From Zygnema circumcarinatum SAG 698-1b (taxonomy: Eukaryota; Plantae; Zygnematophyceae), in NCBI GenBank assembly GCA_037447605.1, contig CM074818.1, positions 248,001-312,000 on the forward strand: a stretch of DNA of 64,000 bases. The letters are read 5' to 3'. The notes under the pieces were generated by a model. The model made no database searches and was not told where the DNA came from. It saw only the letters and a list, made by a program, of their open reading frames with translations. Made by a program: the position numbers and the translations under genes. Positions 13,001 through 35,640 of the stretch are shown in pieces. Every line of letters starts with the position of its first letter. Position 1 is the stretch's first letter.

Positions 13001-14277
13001 GTTTGAAACGAAGTATGCAAGAGAGCTTCCAGCGGAAATGAACGGAGCAGATTTTTTGGAGAAGTTTGGAGGCCACGCGGACTCAGCCACCACCGTCGAT
13101 CCCGAGGCAAAATATTTTGTTCGGGCAGCAGCTTCCCATCCGGTGCACGAAAATTTTCGGGTCGAAACTTTTGCCAATGTTCTGACCGCTGAGAAAGGAC
13201 GAGGACAGCTGGCAGTGCTGGGGGAGCTCATGCTTCAGGTCAGTCAGAAAAAAAACTATGGGTCTAAACTAGGAAATGAAGCAAATGAATTTAATAAATA
13301 AAAAAATGGTAATCGGCGGCTTTCGGTACGCATTCCGCTGCTTGCTATTTGTTCAAGCTACTGTTTTTTGGTCTTTTATGTTTTCAGGGTTTTTGAATGA
13401 CACCCATTACTGACTCTCTCATTTCCCACTCGTTTTCTTCTTGCTAACTCCTGACTTTGCTTCTTTCTTTCCGAGCAGTCCCACAGCAGCTACTCGAGGT
13501 GTGGGTTGGGCTCCACCGGGACAGACCTCCTCGTTGCACTCACTCGCCAAATGGGTCGCCAGGTACTCTCTCTCTCTCACTCTCTTCTTCCCTTTCCGCC
13601 CTCCCCTCTCCCCTCTCGCCTCTCCCCTCTCTCCCCTCTTCCGTCTCCCCATTCTCCCCCATCCTCTCTGCCCTCTCCCCTCTCCCCCTCCCGCACTCTC
13701 TCCTTCCCTCCCGCTCTCCCGCTTTCCTCTCTTCTCTCTCCTCTCTACCGACCTATGTTCCCTTGTCCATGCCGCTCTCTCGCTCTCTCTCCCACTCTAT
13801 CCTCCCTTCCTCGCCTCAAACAAATCCTCTCCGCCTCCTTCCCCTTCCCCTTCCCTTCTCCGTCCCTTCTCTCAATGACGAACCTCAGTTGTTCTGACAC
13901 TCACCTCTCCCCCTTTTCTCTCTTTCTCCCTCCTCCCTTCCCCTCTCGCAACATCTCCCTATCTCTCGCCCCCACCCTCCCCCTTCTCTCCCCCTCTCCC
14001 CTCCCCCTTCTCCCTTCCCCCCTCCCCCTCCCCCTCCCCCCCTCCCCCCCCACCTTTCCCTCAGAGAGAAGAACTATTCGGAGGCAAGATCACCGGCGGA
14101 GGATGTGGAGGAACTGTGTGTGTGCTGGGAAGGAGAGGCCCCGGCAGTGAAGAGGACATAGCGGAGATTCTGAGGAGGTACAAAGCGGCTACAGGCTACC
14201 ACCCATACGTCTTCGAGGGCTCCTCCCCCGGGGCAGCTGAATTCGGGCACTTAAAAATTCGTCGAAGGGATGTATAA
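7461..14277 (+). CDS. ARA1: L-arabinokinase (GT-like N-terminal domain plus GHMP kinase), ~13 exons
   Basis: [106 protein letters not shown]. Approximate exons: 7461-7755, 7876-7985, 8219-8446, 8791-8962, 9247-9732, 9888-10053, 10302-10428, 10726-11220, 11421-11658, 12489-12634, 13001-13238, 13479-13562, 14064-14277 (TAA). GT-AG introns. Confidence 0.95.
11660..12188. repeat. (CCCT/CCT)n polypyrimidine microsatellite in an ARA1 intron
   Basis: About 530 bp of almost pure C/T. Confidence 0.95.
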
Positions 14278-14840
14278 AAAGGAATCTGATGAAGACTTTT
14301 TTTTTTCTTTTCTTTCTATACGGAGGTTTGAAATTCTCCAGTCTGAAAAGTTTTCATGTACTGGTGGAATGTGGACGGCTAGTTTCAATTATGGGCCTTG
14401 GAGAAGGGGGGGGAGACGAGCATTATGGTTGCAACACGTGCCTATCCAACGGCCACAAATGTTTAGATTTCACACTTGCCAATCTAACGGACCCATTGTG
14501 TCTCACAACTTGGCCATCCGACGGCCAACGGTTCACCACAGCACTCCCAAGGTCCAACGGTTGCAAGGTTATGAGGTTGCAACTCGAACGGTCATACGCC
14601 CGCAAAAACAAAAACAAAAAAAAAAAAATCAAACACGTCAATCGGAGAATACAGGCCGGTAAAAACTACCGCCGAAAACCCCTATCCATGCATAAATCCG
14701 TTCAACGGCCAGTTATAATTTATGGATAAAGCTGTTCTGTCTATAACTCCGTTCAACTATGGCCTATATGGAACCTTAGGGCTACCCTCTCCGGTACGTC
14801 CCCACACGTGTAAAGCTCCACCCAGAAAGAGGCTCCTTCT

Positions 14841-14850
14841 GCCACGTGGC
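14841..14850. promoter_or_regulatory. Palindromic G-box GCCACGTGGC upstream of the putative ORF at 14953
   Basis: Perfect G-box with further ACGTG cores nearby (cacacgtgt ~14804, ctacgtggc ~14890). Function inferred only. Confidence 0.3.
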
Positions 14851-14952
14851 GGCCGCTCGGCGCTGCCACTTGGCAGGCACTCGACGCGGCTACGTGGCTG
14901 GTCTACGGTGAAGATAATTAGGGTTTCCTCTTGTTAGGGCTTTCAAGAAGCC

Positions 14953-16996
14953 ATGGCGGGCCTTCTTCTCAGCACTCCACCTTCCCTTGCCCTAAAATCC
15001 GGAAATTTGCAGAACCCAAAAAGGGCTTGGAACTCCTCAGAATGTATAGAAACCCTAAAGAGCGTGAACCCCTCCAAAGAACTGAAGAACGGAATACGGA
15101 GACATAGAACGGGGGTCGCCATGGCCGCAGTTTACCGTCATGGGCGAGAGGGGAGGGTGGAGGATGTCGGCATTCGGAGGACTTTTGAGGAGGAGGCCAC
15201 GTGGCAGGAAGACACGTGGCAGGATGAGAGATGGATGGGGAGGCGGAGAATGCAGGGAGAGAGGGAGGGAGGGAAAGAGGGGGAGAGGGAGTGGGAGAGG
15301 GAGCGGTGGAGGGGGATGGAGGGGGAGAGGGAAGCAGAGCCAGCGAGGGAGAGGGGGAGAGAGAGGGAGAGTGAAAGGGAGAGAGAGGAGGAGGGAGACG
15401 CAGAATGGTGGGACACCTGGCAGTCGTTTGATGGAGGGAGAGGAGCTGGGGGTCCTTGGTGGAGGGAGAGGGAGAGAGCGGAGGTGAGAAGTACAGTAAC
15501 TCTTTGCTTTGATTTAACAAGGGGTTTGTCTTTTTTTGGTTCTTAAATTTGGAGTTTAGGGGCTTCAGTTTCAAGGTTGAATGGTTAGGGTTTGAGGACG
15601 GAAGAAGTTTTAGAAGCAGCATTAGCGACCATAAGGGAGAGAGGGAGAGAGAGGAGAGAGATTGGAGAGAGGGAAAGGGAGAGAGAGTGCGAGAGGAGAT
15701 TGGGAAGGGGAGAAAAAGGGAAGAGAGGGAGGAAGGAAGAGTGGGAGAGGCGCCGCCTATGAGCGCTTCACATCACATGTAGTTCACCAAATGTATTCTG
15801 AGTTGGGCTTGTACTCGCAGCCAAACTAAGTTAAACTCGTTTAGGGCGGGTGGATTATGTTAAATTTAAAGGTGAACTTATTGAAACAACACTAGTGGTA
15901 CAAAAGAAAAAAATGAGATAATCCTTTGAAGCATTCGCGATCAAACTGTGAATGGAATGGTGGAATTTGCAGGCTGAAGGAGAAAAGTTTCCAGCAAATA
16001 GCAGCTGGAGCTTGTTGCTGAGTCAGCTCTTTTTACTATTAAGAAAGGCCATGGCTGCCGTCACGACTACGGTGCAAGAGAACGCGCCTACTGCTGTGCC
16101 CCCAGAGCTGGTGAGTCTCTCTTGGAGTGAGTGCGTGGGAGAGAAAGTGGGAGGTGGGGAGAGGGAGAGGGTGGGGACTGAGAGAACGGGGGGAGAGGGA
16201 GAGGAAGCGTATGGGAGAGAGGAGGCAACGGATGGGAGAATGGGGGGTGATAGCAAGAGGAGATGGTGGAGAGAGTGTGGATGAGGAAATTGATTAGGGA
16301 AGGGCGGGCTGGAGGAGAAAGCAGAAAGGGATGGGAAAGGAGAGGGAGGGAAGGAGGGAGCAAGAGGGGCAAGAGAGACAGGGAGGGAGGGATTCAGGGA
16401 AAGGGAGGTAGAGAGTTCAATGACTTGTTCTCCCGTTGCTTTTTCATTCAGAGGGAGATGATGGGTTGGACAGGTGAGAGTGGGAGTGAATGGAGTCTTC
16501 TTATTGACCGGGCTGTGGCTGCTGAAGGCGGTACTTGAAGTGAGTTATGTCCTACCCCTCTTCCTTCCTTCCCTTCTCTCTGTTCCCTTTCCATAAAGTT
16601 GAAAGTATCAACATTTTTCAACACATGTTCGCTTCTACAAAGGCGTGTCTTTTCATGTGTCGAAGGACTATGTCGATGTGGACATCAAGTTCCCTACAAA
16701 CCCTACCTGTAAACCTTGAACACTCTACAGTGTAGAACTTGAAAAACAGAAAGAAAATCAAGAAACTAAACGTTTTTAATGATTTTGCTCCACAGATTCT
16801 CCTTAAAGTCGGGCGAATCGTCCTTTTTGTTCTTCTCTTCATTTGGAGCATACGTGGATTGATATTGTGGCTGAGGAGACCTCCCGATGATGATGACATT
16901 CGATGGAGGGGAGGAAGAGACTCTCAAAGGCGGACCGGTTGGCCTACTTCTGAAAATGAATTTGGTCGATTTTATGATAATTTTAACTTCAGGTGA
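14953..16996 (+). CDS. Hypothetical multi-exon single-pass membrane protein, possibly plastid-targeted
   Basis: Transit-peptide-like start MAGLLLSTPPSLALKS. Exon-like segments with canonical splice sites at ~15973-16110 (...AVPPEL|gtgagt) and ~16796-16992 (ILLKVGRIVLFVLLFIWSIRGLILWL, hydrophobic). No family recognised; exon structure uncertain. Confidence 0.35.
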
Positions 16997-17604
16997 CAGC
17001 GAGGGAGAGCAGTTTCTTTCCCGCCCCTCTTCCCCCCCCCCCCCCCTTGTCTGTCACCCCCCTTATTTTTTTTTTTGTCCTTTATAGACGTTAGGGCTGT
17101 GTGTCAGTTGGGGAGTTCCTCACATGACTTCTGTAAATAGCATTGATAGTACAGTATTGGCACAACTTTGTTCCAGGAAATGAACTGAGAATCGACACCT
17201 TCCTCTATCAAACAGCAGCGCATTGTTCTCTTAAACGAAGCTGTCCTTGCCTTGTACCCGCCCCAAAGATGAAGCTGATCCAACCACCATGTGCCAGTCA
17301 AACGAGAACAGACCAAACCAGATCTGATGGGTTGAACCCATCTCACCCGTTTCTATCGTTCGTTGCAAAAAGGACCTCCTGGTGAAGATGAGTTTCTATT
17401 ATGTAACATTCCTCACCAACAGGATCCTTCTTCAAAACCTTCCTTTTTTTTTTTAATAAATAAATAAAACTCGGTTTACGATAGCTGTGATTCCTAACAC
17501 GCTCAAAGCAAGACGCTTCGCTTTTGGACTAGAAACAAATTACCATACATACTCTACTAAGCCTAGAATTCCTAGCACTCCAAAAAATAGCTCGTCCCAA
17601 TCTT

Positions 17605-18214
17605 CTACTGGGAGCACCCATCCGCCATTTTGATGGGCTCCTCCTCGTTGCTGCGCAGTACTTCGTAGGAGAAGGCCCCAAGAATAGCGCCGATGATCGG
17701 GCCCAAAATGTACACCCAAATGTCGTCAAATTGAGCCGCCACAAATGCGGGCCCAAGAGATCGAGCGGGATTCATGGATGCTCCGGAAATTGGCCTACAA
17801 AATATTTCAGAGATAGCCCCCACCCCCCGCTCCCCCGGTCCCTTGCGACTTTCCATGAGTATGATGATGATCATGCCACCATACACATGGCCATGCATGA
17901 CCGGCGATCACATGCGTTACATGCATGCGTAGATAAGTGAAGATCTTGGGATATATATCAACGAATACCGATTGTTTTAGGGTTAGGCTTCATGTACCAT
18001 TATTTTATTTGATGTAGGACATAAACCAGCAGATTGTAATGAGCCTGCAACCCTAAAAGGGCTAAAAACGGATGGAATGAAGTTCAAGGATTGAAAAAAT
18101 GCTCACCCTCCAAACATGGCGTCAAGCAAGACGGTGCCTCCAATAGCAATCCCCGCCATAGTCCCCTCCTGCATGACATGCCAAAAGGGAGATGTTATGT
18201 CATCGATGCACCTC

Positions 18215-18273
<59 letters not shown>

Positions 18274-19820
18274 CTCTCGCTCTCTCTCCAACCCTCACTT
18301 CCTATATACATACTTGGCAAAATGATTGGAAATTGCCAACAGAAGCCTAAGCTAAGTTTACATACAGCACTGTTAAACAGAGAAGGAAAAGTGGGCAAGT
18401 CTGCATTTCAAAAAACTAAAAAAAATGAAAAAATGAAATGAAAAAAAAAAAATCCAGAAATGTGTAAGACCTGGAAACCATAAAACCAAGTAGTCCTTAA
18501 AGCATCCTATCAAACCTTCCCTTCATGCCTATGACAAAACATCAGTGAAAGAGTACAACTTATAAACTTGGATGCATTATAAAAACTGTGTCCCTTTTTT
18601 TTTTCTTTTTTCCTCGGTCAGTACTCACCGCTCGGCTGTCGGTTGCAACTGCCGTGATCACAAACATAAGAAAAAAAGTGAGTACAATTTCCATAGCCAG
18701 CGATTGGGCCGCACTTCCTGACGGAACTGTAGCGCCAAGTTCCCCTTCCAAGCCCAAAATGGCTCTCAGTAGCGCTGCCGCGGCTGTAGCGCCGCCGACT
18801 TGCGCTACAACATAGCTCGGAACCTGGAAACAAAACACCACTGCTTAAGTCTGGAATTCAATCGGCCCAAGAAAGGAAAATAAAAAGCTCGACTATATTA
18901 CATCTGCCAAAACTAGAGCCTTAAGTTCAGTATTCATAAGAGTTTCCCTCCAATTCAATGATCCTTCAGGAGTTCCCTGACGACAGTAGCTATAACAACC
19001 CTCCAAAAAAAAAACGTCAAAGCAAAAGGACTAAATTCCAACCCTTAAACACCATAAACAAACTCCGAAAAAATGCGTCGCTTACCTCTTTCAAGGGAAA
19101 CCTTCCAACAGCAGTAAAGCTGATAGTGACAGCAGGATTAAGATGTGCTCCTGAAACGTGACCCACTGCATAGATCATGGCCATCAGCATGAGACCGAAG
19201 ACAATGGCAATGCCGACATGAGTGATGGCTCCATCGCTCAATCGGTTCACAACGATCGCTCCGCAGCCTGCAAATGTAAGCGCAAATGTTCCGACGGCCT
19301 CCGCAAACGCCTATCACGCAACACCAGCAGTTGCGGAATTCAAGTGAGCCGATGATTGCAAAAAGGAAAGCATGAGTTGTATGCAAATGAAAAATCAAAA
19401 GGATACGGGAAGAATTAAAGCGAAAAATCGTGTGAAATGAAACAGACCGCCCTGTCCCTCCCCTTTTCTCCCTCCACTCTTTCCTCCCCTCCCTCCCCCT
19501 CCCCCTCCCGCCTTCCCCCCCTCCCCTCCACCCCCTCTCCCCACCACCCACCCTCTCCCCTCCCTCTCTCCTTCCACCCCTGTCCTTCTCCCCTTCCCCC
19601 CTCCCACCCTCTCTTCCCCCCCTCCCCCCCTCCAACCCCCTCCCCCTCCCCTNNNNNNNNNNCCCTCCCCCCTCACCTTCTTCCAGATGGTTGGCGTTCG
19701 AAGCATTTTCACAAACCCCGCCATGGGGCTGTCCCCGCTCTGCGACAAGCGCCTCCCGCCCTGCACCTCCTTCGTCTTCTCCGTCGCATCGACCGCCACG
19801 GCTTTAGCTTCTGGGGCCAT
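17605..19820 (-). CDS. NIP: NIP-subfamily aquaporin (major intrinsic protein), 5 exons
   Basis: Exons 19820-19677, 19310-19086, 18823-18629, 18168-18107, 17794-17605 splice in frame. Motifs AEAVGTF, SGAHLNPAVT, SGASMNPARSLGP (two NPA boxes). Confidence 0.95.
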
Positions 19821-20470
19821 CTTGAGAACAAGGGTTCAGGGAATTCAGGACGTAGGGCCTAAGAGTGGTTCAGGGATTGCAAGGTTTCAGGTTTTTTTCC
19901 TAAGCCCTTATCGAAATCTGCTTATCTGATGAGTTCCTTTTGAGAGAAAAGAAGAGAAGTTAGAAGCGGTCGACTGATCGGGGAGTTTTGGGGCCTTAAA
20001 TATGCGCGCGGAAGGGGTCCTTACTTTATCGAGGGTACTTATTGTACGATACTTTCCAGTTGTCTTCCTGAAAATGTGACTTTATTGAAAATATAATGAC
20101 GGTACCCGGTGACCCCGCGCCGTACGGTATTGTACTTTCTGCTTGGATTGAGTACGGTCACTAAAATGTTATATAATTCTGCCCGATTATTCGGGCAGAA
20201 GAAAAGTGTATTTCCGCCAATCAGCATTGCAGTTCGTACATTTTTTCTCTCTCGAGGTGTGTAGGCGCCACATTCGGGCATGTCTAAAAAAACAAACAGA
20301 GATCAAGTTTTTCAAACTGAGTACAGTCTCTTATTGGGATTTGCAGATATCGAAGTACTTGTTTCAAACTTGTGGGTCTTTTTTTCCTAAGTTTGTCGGC
20401 GATTTTTATTTTATTTTATTTTTGACTTATTCGTCTCTATTATTTGGGAGGTCCTAATCTGCACTTGTAC

Positions 20471-20591
20471 GGACATAGAATTGTCGCGATAATAAACGAC
20501 ACGACCGCCGCGGCCATATAATTGTCGCTATGCTAAACGACACGACCGCCGCGGACATATAATTGTCGCGATACTAAACGACACAACTGCC
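20471..20591. repeat. 41-bp tandem repeat x3
   Basis: Unit ggacata(g/t)aattgtcgcgata(a/c)taaacgacacgaccgccgc, no spacers. Confidence 0.85.
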
Positions 20592-21495
20592 GCCACCGCG
20601 GTCGCCGCCGCAATACTTCATTACGGGGCCCCTACAGTTCACTGCAACTGCCGGAAGATTTTCATACGGACGACACATGATCAGTCGCTGCAGTTACAGT
20701 ATAGCTAAAACGACATGAACCATAGTTTGAGTTCCAGTTTAATCGCAGTTCTGCCATTGTTCTGTTTTTGGTTACAGTTCCAGTCAGTTTCTAAGTTATA
20801 GTTCTATGTACATCCCAGTTACTGTTCCAATTCCAGTTGTCGGCCAGTTTTAACTAACAGTGTAGTTTTAGTTCTGACTGTAGTTCCAGTACCAATTACT
20901 GTTAACATACATTTTCAGTTTCTATGTTTAACGCGAATTCTTGCATGGAACCACATCTCTAATAATCACGGGATTGAACCATCAACTGGAACATAGAACG
21001 ATACCGTACATATAATTCCTTCACCATAGAAAGGTGAAGGTTCCTCTCTTTTCGATTTCACACTCGGTGCCTGCAGCCTACTGACTACCACCTCTCAAAA
21101 AACTTGGGTGTCCTCCCAAGTTAAGTGGAAATGGAAGGCCCAAAAAAGAAGAGTAAAACGAAAAGAGAAAAACGAAAGGAGAAAGAAAACGCACATCATT
21201 ATGAAATTGTTTTTAAGACAAGGGGTCCGGAGGCCTTCCCTCCAAACAGGGGCCTACCCTCCCTCTCCCCCATTTCAGTGCAGAGGTCAAAAAGCACTTG
21301 TATACAGCTTCACTATGAACTCCCTATATAAAAGCCAACCACTCACAACACTCCCTCAAGGGGCCCTTCACTCCCTTCCGTCTTACAAGCGTATGTACAA
21401 ATTACTATCTATCCTCCTGCAGAGTATCCTTGAAGGCGTAGCAGACGCTTTTACTGCTATTTCATGCGGCTATGCACTTCATCAAGGGTTCAAAC

Positions 21496-23218
21496 TCATG
21501 CTGCAAAGGACTTTCCACAGCCGCAGGTTGAGGATGCATTAGGGTTGCTGAAAGAGAATCCACCGCCGATCAAGGCATCACTGTAGTCGAGCTGCATTCC
21601 GTAAAGGAACAAAAGGCTCTTTGGATCGCAGACTGCAAGACAAACCCCGCAAACAATCCATCAGAAAAAAGGGCGGAAATAACACTCAATTTATACCTTT
21701 ACATAATCATCATCACACTAACATAGATGACACTGGACGGAAATAGGATATCAGGTGCTCGTCCTTCTAGGGTTTCAATCAAGAGCGTGACATATCCTTA
21801 TCATTCATTGCACTTACTGTGCACGAAAACTTTTCACAATATCTGTACGACTGGCTGCCTCTCTCGCTGTCTCCATCTGTCTTTCTCTGCCTCTCTCTCT
21901 GTCTGCCCCTCTCACTCTCTCTCTCTCTTTAAGATCTAAATCTCTCTCTCTCCGTCTGGACCCGTCCTGTACCGTATGTCTACTCCTCTCCATCCCTATC
22001 CGCCCTTCTCATTCTCTCTGTCTGTCTCTCGCAGTTTGCACCTCTCTTCCTTCCTCTCGCTCTGTCTGCCCCCTTCGCTCCTCTCTCCTGGGATCCCTTA
22101 CCACGAAATGCACAACCGTAGAAGGTTTCTCCAGAGCATCACGAATGCATCATCAGTCAGAAATAACTTACCCATAGAAAAGCCTTCATGATCAATAATC
22201 GAATCCTCTGCACGTACATTGGACTTATCCTCAAAATCCATCACATAGGAATACCCGGAACAGCCGCCCTGTCGAACGCCTATCCGCAAAAGGAGATCCT
22301 TTGAGAGGTCTCGCCGCATCCGAGTCAAATGTACGAGAGCCTTCTCTGAGAGAGTGATGGCTGGAGCGAGTTCTGTCGACTCCTCCACAGCTGTAAAGAA
22401 CATCACCATGAACGTCACCATCCCTTATTAGAACACAGATTCTTTGGTTCCCACAGGACAAGCAAGGCAAGCATGTTACATTTGCATTCATTAGTTTCAT
22501 TTGCATTCTGAGATTACAAGAAAGAACACTGATAACACGCATACAGAAAGAAACACCTAAATTAAGGTTAGTGAGGTTTGAGTCCAAACGGCTTACAAGC
22601 GGTTGACCTAAAATTTCTAAAGGCATATATAGACATATATGAAAACGTCACAGCAAGAAATTCAGCAACCCCATACGAACGATTCAAGTCCTATATTTCT
22701 AAAAGCACAGCTGCTTCATCATGACTTCTTCATCTCTCAGATACCAGCCCATACGCCGCGTCAAGCTTTGACATTCCCCCAAAATGTAATATTTGCAAGT
22801 ACATGCTTAAAGTAGTAGTACATGCTTAAGAAGTTTAAGTCGAATCCGAAAATGCTTTTGTGGAATAAGTCCCAAAACGTAATGTCAAGATTTGACGCGC
22901 TTCAGGACAGCATTGCTATGCAAGAAAAGCTTCCAACAACCCATCCATCCATTCATCTAAGAAATAATCCAAGAGGACAAAAAAAAAGTAGAAAAAACAT
23001 ACATACATACACAAGTTCATACCAGTAGTCTCAGAGCACTGCACTTTCGTCCACCTGCTGTGCCTGAAAGAAGGGGTTCGCCTCCTGTAAGCACTCAAAG
23101 TGAAGGGCTGAGCCCCCTTTCCTGGCACACTGACTGCCATAGATTTCTGAGCTCCGCAGCTCTGAATCCTGAGAACGAGTGGCGCGCCTGTCGCCGCCAT
23201 GGAACTCATCGCAGCCAT
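21496..23218 (-). CDS. ISCA: Plastid iron-sulfur cluster assembly protein IscA/SufA, 3 exons
   Basis: Transit peptide in exon 1 (MAAMSSMAA...). Motifs [19 protein letters not shown] and [41 protein letters not shown]. Confidence 0.93.
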
Positions 23219-24965
23219 TGCAATCTCTTCTTCCAACGACTGCAGACCTTTAACGAAACCCTAACCAAAGACTAACAGACCTTTAACAAGGAATCTAACC
23301 ACCAGAACCTAATCGATATGAAGCCAAATCTGACCTCCAATTCCTCCTTTGAATGATTCCTTTTCCACAGGGTTCCTCTCACAGCGAAACAAAGACCTAT
23401 TGTAGGGAATCAATGGACTTCAAAGTTCAGAAAGGAGGGAGAGGGCGCTTCGGAAACCCTAACGACTTCCAAGAAATTTTCGGGCTCCAATACTTTACAA
23501 AAGCAACGTTCAAAAACAGTACATGTCTATATTTAATTATAATATTAAAAAGGGAGTTCAAAGTATTGGTTTTGAAAAACGTTTCAGGAGCGAACCCAGA
23601 AGTTGACAAGGAAATATCTGATTTCTGGATGGCAACATTTCGAGCCGGATCCATTGAACCTGTCGTTCCAGGATTATGGAGAAATGTCTTTCCTGTCCCG
23701 TGAAACAGCGAAATTTCGAATTTCGTTTCCGTGTGCTGAATGAATTCATCATAGAAACGATCGCCCTCAGTTGAGAAAGGTCAAAACGGCCAGGCTCTAT
23801 GCACATAACGCTGTTCTTGTCACCGTTACAGTCGAGTAAAACTGCCGTTCCATGCACTTAACTCAGACGTGCCACCGTGGGACAAATCACAACCCACCAG
23901 CATGTCGATCTGTCACCATGAGATTTTGATTATTGAAACTGTTGGATCCGTCAGAAACAACTTTACAAGTGGAAAAAACATGCGAATAACAAGCCGCCAC
24001 GTGGCGCCCGTACATTGATCAAGATAGTTACTGTAGCCTCGCCTCTGGAAGGAGGTTGAACTCCCGGTCGTTGGGACGTGGTTGCCACGTCGCACCACAA
24101 CACACGCCAGGTTGGAGGATTGCCGAAAGGCGGTATCGTAACATTCAGCGAAAGGTTGAAGGCATCAAATTAAACTTCCAATTGCAACCTCCGATGTTTG
24201 ACAAAGCACACACCAAGTAAATCCATACGCGGCCGGCCTTACCGTGTCCATAGAGAGTTGAACTGTTAGATATCAGTTTCCGATTAAAACATGTAACGTT
24301 CTGCAAAGAAATGGGTCACGAGAGTTCTGAGAAGACCTAGCATTCATGAGGTGAAGCATTCCATCTCCTGACTCGCACCCCCTCCCTCACTGTGAGGGGC
24401 TTCATTTCTGGACAAGAAATGCCAATTTATGTCTTCATTGTCTGTGAGACAGGATGAGGGAGGAGCGGAGGAGAGAGGAGGGAAAAGGGAGGAGCAGAGG
24501 AGAGAGGAGGAAGGAGGAGAGGGGAGGGAGGAGCGCAGGCGAGAGCAGGGAGGGAGGAGGAGCAGAGGAGAGACGAGGAAGTAATAGTGAAAGAGAGAGG
24601 AGGGAGAAGAGCAGGGGGAGGGAAGAGGAGGAGGATAGATCCGAGGGGGGAAGGGGGGAAGAGGAAAGGATTGAAAAGAGAGGTGGGAAGAGGAGAAGCA
24701 GAGAAGAGACGTGGGAAGAGCGCAGGGAAAGGGGATGGGTGGAGGAGAGGAAAGGAGAGAGAAGGGAGATACATTGGGTGAAGGAAGATTTCGAGCAGAA
24801 CGAGTACAACAAGACTGCACCCAATAAGAGAACTGATTGTGCATGGAGACACTGCACCGGTGTCAACATTCACATCATGAGACACTGCTGCTAGACCACT
24901 ATTGAAACCGCTGGTATTAACTTGATGGACTCCATTGACTTTATTTCCAAAGGGAAACGTCAGCC

Positions 24966-34030
<9,065 letters not shown>

Positions 34031-35640
34031 TACTTTGCCAAGTGAAAGCCTCCTGCAATTCTCCTATGCGCTTCCAAAAGCAACTCCAAGAGCACGAGCC
34101 TTGCTTCTACAAATTGCTGGAGCAGAACTCAAGCTGAGATACTCTCGAAATTTCACTATGAAAGAACTCCAAACATCACCATCAAGCGAAACCTAAAAAT
34201 TCACTATCTGGAAATCCTGAAAAGTTTAACGAAGTGCTTGCAAAATTGCTCCGAGAAAGTGAGAAGCCCTAAACAATCACATTCCCTCCAAAGTACGGTT
34301 TGTAGGTCCAAACTTTGAAGCTGAGAGCAGAAGGGCCTGCCCTTGGGCAGCCAAACTCAGTTTGCAGTTTTTTGTGGCGGTAATAACGGTACAAAGCGAT
34401 ATCTAGGTGTACAGTATCATATCGTATCATTAATATCGATTCAAATTGTATCGTATTGTATCGTGTTGTGTCGTATCGTATCGTGTATTATCGTACTGGA
34501 TCGGCTTATTGGACTGTACGGATGATCCAGCAGGGTCACGTAGAACTAAACGATCGATTCCATGCTAATTCCCGTAAGGAGTCAGTTACGTACTGGAGTC
34601 ACTGAATGGAGAATGGAGAATGAATAAGGCTTTCTTTGAGGAAAAAAAGACAGCATGGGATCACAAGCTTGGCAATTGTTGGCCACATGGGAATTTTGTT
34701 TTTGAACTTGGACAAAGAATAGTACAATTGTGTGTGCGTTAGACCAATGCAAACATGGACATGTTTGTAAGTCACGTTTGTGCTCGATGGTGTGTTTCTT
34801 CTAGCGCTTGTGCCAACTTCTGTTAAAAAAGTTGGAGATGTTTCAGTTTGGACCAACCTACATTCCGTCGTCTGTCAACCATTGGCTTGCATGCCAACCA
34901 TTGAATCCACAACGTGGGTGCAACCACATACCATATCCAAAGTGCCACCTGGTGACACGACCCATGCATCTGTCACAGTTGTAGTTCTGTGACCCGCAAC
35001 ACTCGTCCAACTGGCCACACTTGTACTGTACTTGTATTCTTGTCGGCGACCGTCTGTCTCGAGCCCGTGACCTCTTATTACTCCTCCTCCTCTCCTCTTA
35101 CTGTACTCGTTCGGAAACCGGAAAGGGGTTGAAATCCGTACGATACTCTTATTTGGCGGATTCCGTACCGTATTTGTTTATGTTGTTGGACGATTGATGG
35201 TCACATGAGAATGCTGTTTTGAACTTCGTATAAAGAATAGTACAATCGCGTGTGCGTTAGACCGACGCAAACATGGACATTTTTTGTGGAGGATTGTATT
35301 TGACATAAATGGTGTCTTTGTGCTTGCGTTTATTCCAAGCAAGTGATGGCCCACGTTTACTGATTCAACGTCAACATTCCACAGTCGAATGTTACTTTGT
35401 GTGCAGCACATGCTTCATCCCGTCTACATCTCACGAGCGGAAATAAGACCAGGAAACAAAAGTGAATACGCGACAGTTTTTCGAAGAGGTCATGTGCAAT
35501 CCCAGGTTATGCCCTAGGCCGCCCGTTGACCGCGTTGACCATCCCCATCTTCAACTACAACCTCTGCATTCGCGATCGGATGCATTGAGCTGCCAGAAGA
35601 CATGGGATAACATCGCTGCCCATACAATATCATATTATAC

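Noticed and set aside
19399-19406. U12-type donor GTATCCTT on the minus strand in NIP
   Set aside because: Lies inside intron 1, whose GT-AG boundaries already give an in-frame protein; no convincing U12 branch site.
20471-20591. 41-bp repeats (and the 30-bp repeats at 48071-48170) as CRISPR repeats
   Set aside because: Head-to-tail with no spacers; ordinary minisatellites.
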